A stretch of 64,000 nucleotides of DNA. It comes from Balanoglossus misakiensis. Lineage: Eukaryota > Animalia > Hemichordata. Positions 37,118 to 50,400 of this stretch are shown here, piece after piece (the first letter of the stretch is position 1; each line of letters starts with the position of its first letter). The stretch is from NCBI GenBank assembly GCA_040954595.2, contig CM082593.2, positions 6,541,579-6,605,578 on the forward strand, in the 5' to 3' direction. Position numbers and translations under genes: made by a program. A model generated the notes under the pieces. The model saw only the letters and a program-made list of their open reading frames with translations. It had not been told where the DNA came from and searched no databases.

Positions 37118-39790
37118 AGTATTCAGTATATAGTTGAAAACGTATTCAACAAGAAGCTTTTAATTATTACTTTTAATGAAATTGGAGAAAATAACTGAAT
37201 GTGTCATTATAAGCCAATTAGCAACCATCGTTGAAATTGAAAATTCCAAGTTTACATGTATAGCGCACTAATCGTTTGGGATTTCAAAAACTGGTCAACA
37301 TGGTTCACAAGTTTACTCCCGTCAGCGAGCTCAGATTTTTTCTTTCCATTTTGACAGGGTACTAATTCTAATAAGTAACTTTGCGCAGAACACGAGCCAT
37401 GCATTTAGTGATTAGTTCGAACATAAAATGGCGTCCGGACTCATGGGTCCTTGTGCGTATTAACACGTTTACTCATTTCTGTACGACATTTTAGGGATGC
37501 ACGTCTGTTGTTTGGCGGGAAACTGAAGATAAGACAGAAATGGACCTTATCTTTTCTTGGAAGAACAAAATCAGTCCGTTTTGCAAAGCACAGATTCCGA
37601 CTCGGGTCACGATGACACGAAGTTGACCCTAGTTGGTCTGCTCTGGCGACCCCCGAGTCTCAGACGCCATCTTTTGTCGACAAGGACTTCTGTAGATCTC
37701 TGCTCAAAACAATAAATAATGTGTTCGTCGCTTTGTGAGTAACTCCGGATCTACCCGCATCACTTTTGTTTCTGGCCTATGTGAACCTACTTTGCAACGG
37801 ATTCCTGACGCTGTCGCAAAGAGGATACAACCGAAAAGTGGGGCCTATTCACACAAACAGAACGACACACAATGCTGGACTGACACGCCCCTCCCCGGGG
37901 ACCACGTTTCTCTCGTCACGTTCAACTCCCCGTGACGATGACACACATTCAGTGCGCAAGCGCAAATGCAAACCCACCTTAAATGTACACTTGACAGAAC
38001 ATATGGAACCCGTATATTTTAGAATTAAGTGATCATATAATATTAATGGTCTTTGAATCAAATAAACGACGGTTAGTTTGATCCGAACTGCAATCACGCT
38101 GTAAAATTGTCACGATTCAAACCAAAATACCTGTTGAAGAAACATGCGTTGCGTGCGAGAGTATATTTCACTTTCGCTTTCACAAACTTTTTTGATCAAC
38201 GGCTGCAAGATCTAAACACAATTATCATCAATTATGCCCTCCCAAATTACGACAACGAAGTTGTGTCCTCCGTTCAAATAAGACAGCGTCTCACGATGCA
38301 CACTTCAATCGTTTGAATTTCTCATAAAAGAACAAAATGCGTTCGGACTGTGAGAGTACGAGTCGTGCCACAACGCACTGCCGGAGCGTCCGCGTCACTT
38401 GCAGCGCGTCGGAGCGTGTCATCACAGACGTGTAAAATTTCAGAGCGCACCTGTTGCGCGCAGAGTTGTTTTACGGAGGGAGTGCGCAAAGTTTCGGGGC
38501 CACACTTTGGTGATAAACAGGCGGCTTCTACATAAGATATATCGATTCCACCGTGCCTTCCTCGCCTGCGCGGGGTTTTGTTGTCGAATGTCCGGAGTGA
38601 CGTGTTTTTTTTCAAAACACACTCATCTGTCGGACAATGCAATATCAGAAGCAAACATTTTAATGTTTTTTAGCATAGACGAAGAAATGAAAAAAAAGGA
38701 GTTCTTATATCACCCAGCACGCCACCTGCGTTAAAGCTTAGCCCTGTAACAAGTCAGACACGTTCAAATTTCACGTGGGTTTCGGAGGCTTAGAAAAACG
38801 ATAGTTTCGATTGGCCGTAGGGGGTCACGTGGTAGGCACGGCATTCGTGTTGCAACTGTTGCATATCCCTTTCACGCAGTTGTAACGTTAGCACTTCTTT
38901 CAACTTTGCTCATAATGCACGAACATGATCCGATCGCTTTAGGTGCGCCCGACCAGCTTTCGACGGTTCATATATATGCTACAATAAAATAGGAAGGCGA
39001 TCGGCCCAGTACTTGCACAATGACCTATGTATTAGGCATGCTTGTATACACTGTATATAGTGGGTCACCTGTGCTGCCCTGGGTCCACCTGACACCGTGA
39101 GTGCTCGCAAGGTCGTGATCTGACAATATCATAAATATTAGAAAGCTATCCCCGCGCAATTAGTTTTTCGGTCACGTGGTCTATTGAGGATCACCAGACC
39201 TTCGCAGTATTTGCTTACAAGTTTGCCAACAGTGATTCTCTTAGCAGCCTTCAGTTCGCTAGCCAAAAGAAGCAATATTTAATTCGGGTAGACATGGTGA
39301 AAAAACGCAACTTTTGAGAGTGAAACTGGTGGCAGACGACACTGAACGGCAGACTAATTTTGCGTAATTATTTCAGCGCACAGAATGGCGGCCATGACGT
39401 CACTAAAATCGCGAACCGACTAATTTGCTCAACTATATGATAATTCAAGGTTGGTGTTTTGCGATGCATAGGTTCTTTCGACGAATGAGAGTGTATAGGT
39501 AAAGCAAAACAACTATTCACATTTCTAAACAGTACCACAGTCTCCTCGTCTACACTTCGGACGCCAAAAAAGTGAGATAAAAGCTTTTCAAAAGTGACAA
39601 GACGTCGACGCATCTTATTCGGCTTATGAGTAATCTCACCACACACAAGGTCGGATGGCCAGCTTTATGAAAAGTATAGTTTGTCCGGGTTCCTTAGTAG
39701 TTGCCATGATCAGACTTGGAAAAAAATATCGTGCTGGTAGCACGGAGCGAACATTAACGAAATCTTTGCCTTAAAATACTCTCGGATACC

Positions 39791-39895
39791 CAATCGATCA
39801 ATCAATCAATCAATCAATCCATCAATCAATCAAAGGGATTTATAGAGCGCCAAACTCCACTGCAATAGTGTTCAATGGCGCTTTACAATGTCAAA
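39791..39895 (-). mobile_element. 3' end of an L2/CR1-type LINE (or LINE-tailed SINE) with (TTGA)n tail
   Basis: The minus strand reads TGTAAAGCGCCA..CACTATTGCAGTG..TGGCGCTCTATAAAT, then a (TTGA)n tail. Stem arms are at 39846-39852 and 39876-39882. This is the typical L2-clade 3' stem-loop plus microsatellite tail. Confidence 0.6.
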
Positions 39896-40476
39896 ATTCC
39901 ATTGTATAAAAGTTACTATTAAAAGACTCTGTTTAGACGTGACCACAACCCGGAACAAGCGACATTTCAGCCACAGTGTCCTCAAAGCTCTCATTCCCGT
40001 CGTGCCCCGACAACGAAACGGTCAAACGCCCGTAAGTGCTTCCCAGCAATTATTATCTGAATAGCCCGGGGCTACTGAACCTCATCGGCATTGAGGACAT
40101 ATTCTATGTCGATCATTGTTAATTCAAACCCCAGTGTGCCTCGATCGTGCCGAAAATTCCCCTTCACTAAATTCAATCGACCAGAACGCGAAACGATTAC
40201 ATTTTAATGGGTGGCTTGTCCGTCGGCACATGCGTGCGCATCATGCACGAATGATATCCGTTTTACGCTGGGTGGACTTCGAGTGCTTACGCGCCATCCT
40301 CCGTCGCAAATGGAAAACGAATGCAGGTTGTGATGTGTTTACTATATATACTGCTACGCCGCGTGAAATTCTATCAGTGACGCGTGGTTGTAGAATTAAA
40401 ATAACTGTACAACAAAGCATGGCTGAAAGTTTTTTGCTACAGGGACAGAAATTTGCACGTTACCCAAGATCTTGAC

Positions 40477-40480
<4 letters not shown>

Positions 40481-40533
<53 letters not shown>
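40481..40533. repeat. (GACA)n microsatellite
   Basis: Directly visible. Confidence 0.95.
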
Positions 40534-40537
<4 letters not shown>

Positions 40538-42236
40538 TGAGATGTTCAGATGTTTCCACCACAACATAAGTGCAAGTGCTGACTCAGCATTTCCCACAAT
40601 ATTTTAGACCCCCTAACTGAAAAGGAAGAATTGGAACGCCCTGTCTTTTCATTATGTTTTAATCTAAAAGTCATTGATGCACAGCATTTTATGTGAAAAT
40701 CGGGACACAAATATTTCCAAATCAAGTGCGTACGAGGGTACCGCTCTCGCGTTTCCCGACCCTTTCGTTTTGATAACGCGAAGCGAAGTCGAAGCTGCGT
40801 TTCCCTGCGAGTCGGCGTTCAAAGCCAAAGCTACGTCATGCTTCGGGTTGCCCCCTTGTCACATGTACGTGTCACTTGTTCTCAGTCTAACTAATGGGGC
40901 TATTGGAAACCTTTCATTATTCCGCATTGTCGCGTCAATGGGGCTACAGGTTAAAGCGCTGCCAAGGAAAACTTGTCACGATGCTGGTCTCTAATAAAAA
41001 TACAATTTCTATTTGTTTTTCATTAAGGCGTGGAAATGCGATGACCTTGTCCCAACCTGGATGCATCGATCGGTTTTTAGTGCTGTGATATTTCTCAATT
41101 ACCGGCTGGGCACCGAGCAGATTCTTTTGTGAAGATGCAAAGATGCAAAAGACGTATCCTACGGAAACGCATACACATTTCCCCTCCATATTCAACTTTG
41201 ACAGATTGCTATCTCTCTCGTCTACCTCAGACCATTTCAACGACCCGCCTCCCTCTCCCTACCTCTCTCTCTCTCAGTGACATGTTGTCAATCTCCATCA
41301 CCCTACCTCCCAGTCTGTGTGCCCCCATCCGTCGCCTGTCCCCAGCCCCACCCCTCTTTGCCCCCCCTCTCTCTCTCTCGAGCACGTAAACAGACTCTCG
41401 CCCCATTCACGAAGACACAGCGTTGTCATTCATTTCTTAACAGTTTATAAATCATCAATTAATGGCGACAGATTCATGACAATTGTTTTCACACTGGGTA
41501 ATAAATGTCAGGTTCCCACGGTAAAGCCATTAGAATTACCCAATAACGCAAAAAAGGTGCAAACACATAAAATTTGACTGAATACAACCAAGGCCAAGTT
41601 GACGAATCATCATTAGCAATTGGTAATTGTAAAATACATCGTAAAAACTTTCTATGACCAAATTTGTTTAATTTTAAGTGGTTTGGGGGGACTCTCGGAA
41701 ACGACAATTCATCGGATGTTATGCAACGACGGATGGCAATGGCCTTGACTGTTGTTGTCGCGTTCAAGTTGATTACGCTCTCCAAAGACAAAACAACCAT
41801 TACATTTGTCAGAAACCCCATTACGCGACCGCCAAAAAGGGGAAAACGAAAATGACATCCGGCAAGCAGCCACATGACACAACCGCGAGCCAATCAACAT
41901 CAGGGGAGCAGAAAAGTTACTCACGGATCAGACTATCAGGTAAGGGGTCCAAAGTCTACACGGGCGGCAATAAAACGACACTACACCAGGACACCCCCCC
42001 CCCCGCCCGAATTTCTATTCTTCTCTCCTCCCTTGTAAATTACGCGTTGACTTAAACAACCTAGTTCGGCGAATCACGTGACCTGGTGGGAGTTCCTGCA
42101 AGGTTTTCTAGCCTTTGTCAGTCCGGCTATGGCACAACTCCCCAATCACAGAGGTATACTCGCAAATAAATACACTCTGCACAAAGCGACAGAGAACAGA
42201 CATTCGGGTCATGTCTTTAAATAATATACTAAGAAA

Positions 42237-42242
42237 TTTATT
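42237..42242 (-). terminator. Candidate polyadenylation signal of atonal
   Basis: AATAAA on the minus strand about 965 nt after the stop, followed by a GU-rich element (reverse complement of 42181-42202). Confidence 0.5.
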
Positions 42243-43206
42243 TCTTTTAAATATAAATAAATATATACTTCATTGCGATAATTAAAACATGTCCTCCCGT
42301 CGCCCCGAATTGAGAAGGTACAGGAGGAAAAGAACTCTGACATGCTTATCAATACAACATGGCGATTAGATCAAATTTCAACGTTATTTAAATACCAAAA
42401 GTAAGATCAGTAATTAAGTCAATATTGATGAAATACTCAAGAATAAATTAAACTGGTCAAATGAGAACCATTGCCCCGGCAAACTACTTAAAGTCCCTTA
42501 TCTTCAGGGACGCTCTAGATAAATGATTGCACTGTGTTCTGAGAACAAAGTTGGTAAGCTCAGCCGACCATGACAGGGTTTCTTTACATTAGCTTCGTGT
42601 CCTGGCAGTAAATGAGTTGAAACAGTCCCGGTCCTTAAGACAGATCCTGGGCGTAGAGTGTCAGTCCTCACTATCGCGGCTATAAAGCTTGAGACAAAAA
42701 GTCCTGCGGGTCTCGCACACACAAAAAAAAAACGTCACGAAAAAAAAAAAGAAAGATCAAAATTCGAGTAAAAAGAGTTGGTATCCATTACCATTGATTC
42801 ATACGGTATTGTTCGTTGGCTGGCAAAACACGCCGGCACAAGGGGTTTCCCGTCCACGTTCTTGACACAACGATTCATGTAAAAACGGATCTGTTCGCTT
42901 TTGTTCTTCTTTCTGACCGTGCCACCTGAAGATGAAATGAAGGAGAAAAGAACACAGTAAGTACACGATGATGGAAGACAGATTTTCCCTTCACTGCTGT
43001 TCGCGTGGAAAGTTGTTTTTTTATATATATAAATATATTCTCGGCGAACGGGACTAAGGAACTCAGGATGCGGTAGACAGTGGCGAACAAAAGCTGCGTA
43101 ACGCTACAGACAATAATGGTTCCACTGAGGTGGAAAGTTCGAATGAATGGCAGGGCTTACAGGGGGAGTTCAAATGCGAGTTATGCGTTGTAAAACCTGC
43201 AGGATC

Positions 43207-43701
43207 CTACGGGGAGTCGTCGAACGCCGGATTTTGGTCGTGGTCTTCATCCCTCGCCTCGCTGGAGGAGGAATGCTCCTCTTCAATGTCCAAAATCTCC
43301 GACAACGCCGTGATATAACTTTGGGCCATTTGCAGGGTCTCGTACTTAGACAGCTTTCGATCGTTCGCAAGGGACGGCACGACATCGCGGAGCTGGTCGA
43401 AGGCGTCGTTGAGACCGTGCATGCGGCGTCGTTCTCGGGCATTGGCGGCTAGCCTACGTCTCCGGAGCACGGGGACGGGCGTCTTCTCCTTGCCCGAAAA
43501 CGCTGAACTTCGCAGCTTCGGCCTGCACGGTTTTCTTTGTGTCGGACTGCCCGCACGTGTTTCCAATGCACATTTTCCATGGGACGTATCGCCTTGTTGC
43601 GAAGCCCACTGTGTACCCTCCAAAATGTTCAGATTGCACGATAGCGTCGACCGGCCGAGGATACTCAAGCCGGCCCTCGTCTCCAGACCTGTTGACTGCA
43701 T
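43207..43701 (-). CDS. ato: Atonal-family proneural bHLH transcription factor (ATOH1/ATOH7 co-ortholog), single exon, 164 aa
   Basis: b[61 protein letters not shown] carries the atonal-diagnostic [11 protein letters not shown]. The first ATG after an upstream in-frame TGA is at 43701, in a good context (ACAGCCATG). The track ORF starts earlier at a TTG. Confidence 0.96.
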   Translation of the reverse strand: MQSTGLETRAGLSILGRSTLSCNLNILEGTQWASQQGDTSHGKCALETRAGSPTQRKPCRPKLRSSAFSGKEKTPVPVLRRRRLAANARERRRMHGLNDAFDQLRDVVPSLANDRKLSKYETLQMAQSYITALSEILDIEEEHSSSSEARDEDHDQNPAFDDSP

Positions 43702-46700
43702 GGCTGTGTTATCGCTCGGTATCGACTCGTGTGCACGGGGGCTAGGCCAATCCCACAAAGATGTGAGTACCCTAAGACTTCCGTTCCGAGTTTGGGACCC
43801 AAAACAGGCACTCTTTCAACTGTTCCGTAAAGAAGCGTGAAGTTGAAACATGTGAATGGAGTGCGAGCCAATCAGAAACCAGGCCCGAGCATAATGAAGT
43901 AACCCGTGTAGAGCCCCGCTACGTTCTAGTAAGATGTCCTGTAACTGTCACACATACACGACTGTATCAACAAAATAGGCGTGGAACACCCTTATTAAAA
44001 TACGAAGAATAATATTAGGGTGATAAATTCGGCACCGAAAAAAAAATTAAAGATGGGCTGAACTGAATCACAGTCTATTACAAAATAGACAAGAGCCGGT
44101 TATTTTTGGTGACATTATTAAAGATGTCAGTGTTGTATCCGTGGTGATAATATCGTAACTTTATTCAAAACCCAACGGGTTATTTAAAGGTCAGGACGTA
44201 CCGTGAAAATACAGGACCAGTGAATCTAAACGAGAAAATAAATATCGGCTCTCGTTTTGTCCGAAAAGGTGGAGTTGCATAGCAATATTATTTCGGAATA
44301 GGAAGCTGCCATCATGTACCAGTGGAGTCACGACACGGACTTGTAATACCATGGTAACGAACACCGCTGAGGTGTATGTAGTGGTGACAATAGGTCAAGA
44401 AAACGACCGTCACGCCTTGTCTGTACGTCTACAGCCTCCACAAGGATGTAGACGGCAAAAGGCACCGAGTCCTCGTTTTCCCGTTCCCCCCAAAAAGCTA
44501 ACAACAGTTATAGGAGCGCTGAGAACTGGTTACACACTCGACCATGACGGCTGCTCGCCTAATTGGATGATGTACAGTCCACTTCATGTGAACGAGGAAT
44601 GCATACACGGGTAGTGGTGGTGATGGAATAGTTGTTAACGAGATCCAACTTGGAATCTCTGGGGAAGCGTAGTGTATAATTGCGCCGAGGCAGGGTGAGT
44701 AACATAACATGCTGGTTTATCAAAAATACACAACAAGTAAAACTGTGTGATGTGTGGGCAATATGACTGGATTATCTAAAACAAAATAGGCGGTTTATGA
44801 CAATAATCACAATATATCCACACTGTTGACATTGCGAAGAGAAGCGTATATATTTAGGACAGCATCTCTACGCTCAGATGAACTTCTGAGGAGTGGCCAT
44901 TTTTAAATCCGTGGTTTGGGATTGGAATGGGTGACGAGAGCTTGTTTTGTATTTGAGTCACGCAAAGAGCACTCCGCCCCCACCTGCCCGGCCCCTATAC
45001 TTTTGTGTTTACATATCCAGTGAGCACTGAACGTGTTAGGGCCGAGCTCAAAATGTCGCGTGTAGCGTTCACGAACCATCATTCGCGAGCACGGCCACTA
45101 TTGAAGCGTTAAATTCAGCCTTGATTGCAGTTTCTAGTATCCTTTCCTGAAAAAATAACACAATTCTTGACCTGTGTGCTGTACTGGTCAGGAACGACGA
45201 TCGACAGTGATTTTTTTTAGAGTGGCAGAGATTGATATTAAAAAGAGACCCTAACTGACAGCTGAGAGTTCCATTTCAGTCTTCCGTTTACACAAATCTT
45301 TAAAATCTTGCGTATGCATGCAAAAAAACATGAATTGACGTTTCCGTACTGAACACTACGATGTAAAAGACTCCCCGACGAAACTGTGCAACTGACATCA
45401 ACATACTAAACATGTCGCTGACAAAAAGTGAGACACCGAAGAAAATTGCACACAAATTGTCGTATGGCATATTGCACACAAATTGTCGTCTGGTATATGT
45501 ACAGCACTGTCACAAAGTGTGAGGCGGCACAAGCCGTCAGCAAAGCTCACCAAAAACACTGTCATTCTGAAGACATTTGCCAGACCTTTCACTTTCCGCG
45601 TGACCTTTAACCCCTGAAAGGTAATTTGAAATCGGCGTGTTCAATTTATTTTCCACTCGATGTTGCATTGAGCTGGGTCGTGGAATTACAATGGTTATCT
45701 CCAACCTTATTTTTCCATTTGCATAAATTTCGGTGCCCAAACAATCCCGGTGCTGTAATGGACCCCTCTTTAATAAGCCATACGACAGCTGAATTGGTTG
45801 CCCTGGCAACGACTTAGAGTTCCTTTCTCAAGGCCAACGGCCAATTTAAATGTATGCACTTTTTTCTGCCTGGTAATATGACTGAGAGACAAAAAAAGTT
45901 TTGCAATCGTTCATGTATACAATATCCGACTGCCATCATAACCATTGTTGGAAAACACCTAAGCGTCAAACCACTGCCCTTGTACGGATGGCAGCATAGA
46001 ATGAGCAATAATATCTCAATTAGTTAAGCTGAAAATGGTATGGCGCAATGCACTACATTAAGATAGAACCTACCCACCCGAAGCATTTCATACACACGGC
46101 AGCTATCCACTACATGTTTAGAAAACTGACTTTTTTATGTGTGTCGTATACTTTAACTATAAAATAACTTCAACGAGTGTTCTTTGTGGAAAAAGCTGTG
46201 CTGGATAACGCCTCCACTGACTCCACTGTCGAAAGTGGCGGCCATTTTGAATTTCAAACAGCAAATGGAAAGTTTGCAACTCGTCATGGATTTCAGGGGG
46301 AGATTTTAGAAGTTAGCGACTAGAGGTTCATTGAATAAAATGTGAAATAATTGAAGAGGTAGGAAGAGTGCATAAAGTGTAGAATTGTTAATTGCTGTCA
46401 CGTGACGACTGACTGTAAAAGCGTCTTACATTGAAATCTGAATAGTTAGTCTTGTTATACAACGGTTGAAATAATAATTACAAAACATAATTATTATTAT
46501 TTGCTACGTGTTATGCCATAATTGTAAGTGGCTTTCTGTGACGTTAGGGTCAACTGGGACGTACGGAGGTGGACAGTTTCAAGATGGCTCAAGGGCCCGG
46601 ATGGAGTCAGTGATTGATGAACATTGCTAGGTAATGACTGTGGGTAAGCTTGGGTACACGAGTACGAACACTAAACTGCCTGTTATGCCCTCTGTTTGTG

Positions 46701-46794
46701 TGTGTGTGGGTAGGTTGTTATATACACCGAGGATAAGCCTGTGTGCCTTTTTGGTAACCTGGATTGGTTACGCTCGCTTGACATTGCGTGTGTA

Positions 46795-46819
46795 AGAAGA
46801 TGAAGATGATGGTGGTGGG

Positions 46820-46888
<69 letters not shown>

Positions 46889-46975
46889 GTGATGGTGATG
46901 ATGATGATGATGGTGATGGTGATGGTGATGGTGATGGTGATGATGATGATGATGATCATGATGATGACGATGATA
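46795..46975. repeat. (GAT)n/(GGTGAT)n microsatellite
   Basis: Directly visible; source of the poly-D/M/I ORFs. Confidence 0.95.
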
Positions 46976-47019
46976 TCATATATCATCATACTTCATCGTA
47001 TGATTGACAACCGACCATC

Positions 47020-47440
47020 TTGGTTGGGTTGGTGGGTAAGTGTACAGGTAGGTAGGTAGGTTGGCATAGGCTAGCAAGTTATCAGACGGGAAGATGGTAT
47101 GCATATAATTATGCACAACGCGTATGTAGGGAGGGGAAGGAAGGAAGGGTATCCAGGTAAATAGATAGGTAGGTGAGCAAGACAGGAAGGCAGGTAGATA
47201 GGCATGTAGTTAAGTTATCAGGCTGGTCAGGTGCACATACAGGTAGGTGGGAAGACAGGTAGGTAGGTAGATGACTTGGTTGGTTGTTTGGTTGGCTGAG
47301 GATGTGAAATACATGGGCAAGGGGTTGACAGCTAACAGAGGGTTAGGTAGGTAGGTGCTTTGGTGGGCAGGAACGTTCGCAGGAAGGCACGCTACACACC
47401 TGCCTATCTACTACCTACCAACCTCACCTACCTACATGTA
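47020..47440. repeat. Degenerate GGTA/GGTT/GGCA low-complexity region
   Basis: Many GGTA-like tetramers, ending in an inverted CCTA-rich stretch at about 47400-47435. Confidence 0.65.
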
Positions 47441-50400
47441 CTTGCCAAACTGAAGAACTTAATTACGAACAACCAATCAATTAAGTAATAATATGAGAGC
47501 AGGCGACGGATTGTTTGGCAGACTTGCCTGTCAAACACAAGACTTTCTTGACAGGTGGTTGTGTCGATAGCCTGTAGTCGAATAAGCGGTTAGATCAAGA
47601 GGAGCAGGCAACAGAGGTGAGCTGACAGTTGACATGATGATGTTGACAATAAAGAGAATGAAGACCACGGTAAATTTATACGCATGTTGGTTACTTTCAG
47701 TGGTATTGAGAGGTAAATCTTGTACGAAGGGGAGGAGGGGGGCACCTGAAAAGTACTATCCACACAGGAACTAATAGATAGACTTGGATGGAAGGAATGT
47801 GTTAATTGGCATATTAAAGGGAGGAGTGAGTCCCACAGGACACATTTGCAAGCAAGTCGCAATAGCCACAGAGTGTAATTATTGTTTACTACGGGACGGT
47901 GTACATGATTGCAAACAATGTGACGTCACTTTATGTATCATTCTCGAGTTACTTTGGTATAACTTTTATAGGCTGACAGGGTCTCAATGGACTTGGGAAG
48001 TTACGAAACAGTTACGTTGCATATGTGCAGTTGAGGCGACCCCCCCCCCCCTCACCTACCCCTCTTTAAAGAGAATTCAACCTCAAGTCGCAGATCATTT
48101 CAAGGTTTAGTTTTAAAATCCCGGATCATATTTCGATGGCTGCCACCTGTGTTTTGCGTCTCAAAGCGTTCACTGATGACGTCACAGAGCCAAACTTGGA
48201 CGCACGAAAAGAGAACTTGATTTAGTACGTTCTGGCGACAAGTTTTTTGTGTCTTTCACGTTTTAGAGTGAATGCCTTACTCGTAATGCATTTTGCTGTC
48301 ATTGAATGAGGTGGCACACGTTTACGCAAGCAGAACAACTAAGTTGACGCGTGCAGTAAAACATGGACACGCACGAACAAAACTTCTAATAATACATACT
48401 GGGAATGAGTTATAAAATGGCTGCAATTTGGTCCCCTGGACGGAAAAAGCGATGTTATTTTAAGAATATGAATAAAATGATAATTAGTGACATTGATAGT
48501 GATTTTAGGGAAAGTTGGAAAGAAAAATATGACGGTTGGTTATATCACTGATGAACGGCCATGTCGCGGTAATAGAGATGTGGGCGTGTTGTTTTGTAAA
48601 CAGATGGAAATATCTTAATACACGAGGGGCAAACGGTTATGCGGCTGGTAATTTGCAAGGTGGTATTAACAATGCCGATAAATTAGGCGCTAATATGGAA
48701 AATACAGAAATAAAAGATTTGATGTGTCCTATCGACAGGGTGTGAAATCATGACTGATTCGTCCATGGTGGTTTATCAAGAGAAGATATCTGAATGATTG
48801 AGCGAACGAAGTCAGTAAATTGAGTTTTGTCGACCGTGCAACGGCAAGGAGATGGCCTTTGTTATGCATGGGTGAATTGTCGTTTGTTTAGGGGGGGGGG
48901 AGATTCTTGAAAATTCTCTGGTTAGATAGTGTGTTGTGTTAAAAAATATAACTGTTCAGACTAGGGCCTTACTTTTGCCCACATTTTACTACATGACAAA
49001 TTAAAATATTGTCTCCTCACTTACCACCATTAAATTTATATTACAATGCAATAATTGACCATAGTATCAAATATAATCAAAAACAACATTTTACCTAGGG
49101 TCAAAATATGAGCACACAATATGCATTCATTTAAAAGGTCCAAATTCTTGAATAATTATCTATTCACTTAATATAAAGGTTGTTTTGAAAATGCGGGAAA
49201 AAAGTGTTCGGTGTAAATATTTATAGGAAAATATAGTTTGATTTAATCTGACAAAAGGAATTATAGATATTTAAAGAGGTCGAATAATATGTAGTTTTGC
49301 ACATTCGCCAAAGAGAAGGTGACCTTTGTTTTAGCTGTATTATAAATGACAGGCTGATGTTTCAAGCAAATTATTGATATGGCTTAATTTAAAACAACAG
49401 AGATGCTTGCAAAAGGACTGTCATGTATATTGAACAAGTTATGTCAACTCGTCTTTCAGGTCCCATCTTCCCACGCACCCGTCCGGAAAAAAAACAGTGC
49501 CGACACACAGACGAAATATATCATATGTAAAGAGGTGGGTTTTTTGTTGCCTTCAAAACAAACCCGGAGCCTCATTATGCCGTGAACACAGGCAGGGGAC
49601 GTCTGCTCTCAATCGGAGGTCGAAATTTCCACCCCTGAACCATTGTGCCCGGCGCAGTGCAACCATTACAGCTGTATGCAAATCAGGCCGGCTTTAGAAA
49701 CCGTCAAACAAAATAACTTTTCACGTGTTTGTTCGTCGGGGGCGAGCCACCTTCTTTTCCCCCTCTCCGTCGTATAACCCATCCAGGTCGGCGAGAAATA
49801 TAAACTTGATCTAAACCGTTCTGACTTTACGAGATTTAAACCACACGGTGAACATTCACCGAAGAACGAACATTAAACCAAGAAAGCTGCTTCTCTGCAT
49901 GTTTTTGGTCCAGTTTCTGACAATTATGAGATGAGGAAAATGTTTTGATTTAAAAGGGGATGTGAAATTCAAGGTCTTCGATTCAATATATGATTTTCGA
50001 AAGACTTGCAGTGGTAACTTTCATAGGGCAGGGTTGGGGCGATGCCTGTTACGACGTGAAAGGACTAGAGCCAGTGATGAACACAGCCACTTGGCTGAAG
50101 TGCTCGCAAATGACCCCAACAAGTGGCACAGCATTGAATTCTTTGCTATGTTAATATACAATATATTTGCTTTGCGGCCATTGCACATGAAACGCAGGGT
50201 CGAGTATCTGAACGGCCAAAGTCTGAACGAAATCACAAGCAGAGAAATTTCAAGCATTTGCCCCTCGACGTGGAGACATATCCGTCCCAAGTTTTCGCGG
50301 GTGAGCGCCCGAGATCTTTCTCTGTTGGCTGGCGCGGCCGAGCCAGCCTCCATTCCACGCCGTTCTCGGCTCTGTGTGGAGGGGAAAACTTTGGAGTAGA

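Noticed and set aside
43702-43758. N-terminal extension of the atonal track ORF
   Set aside because: Begins at TTG; the first ATG, in a good context, is at 43701.
43409-43840. 143-aa antisense ORF over atonal
   Set aside because: Antisense shadow of a GC-rich coding exon.
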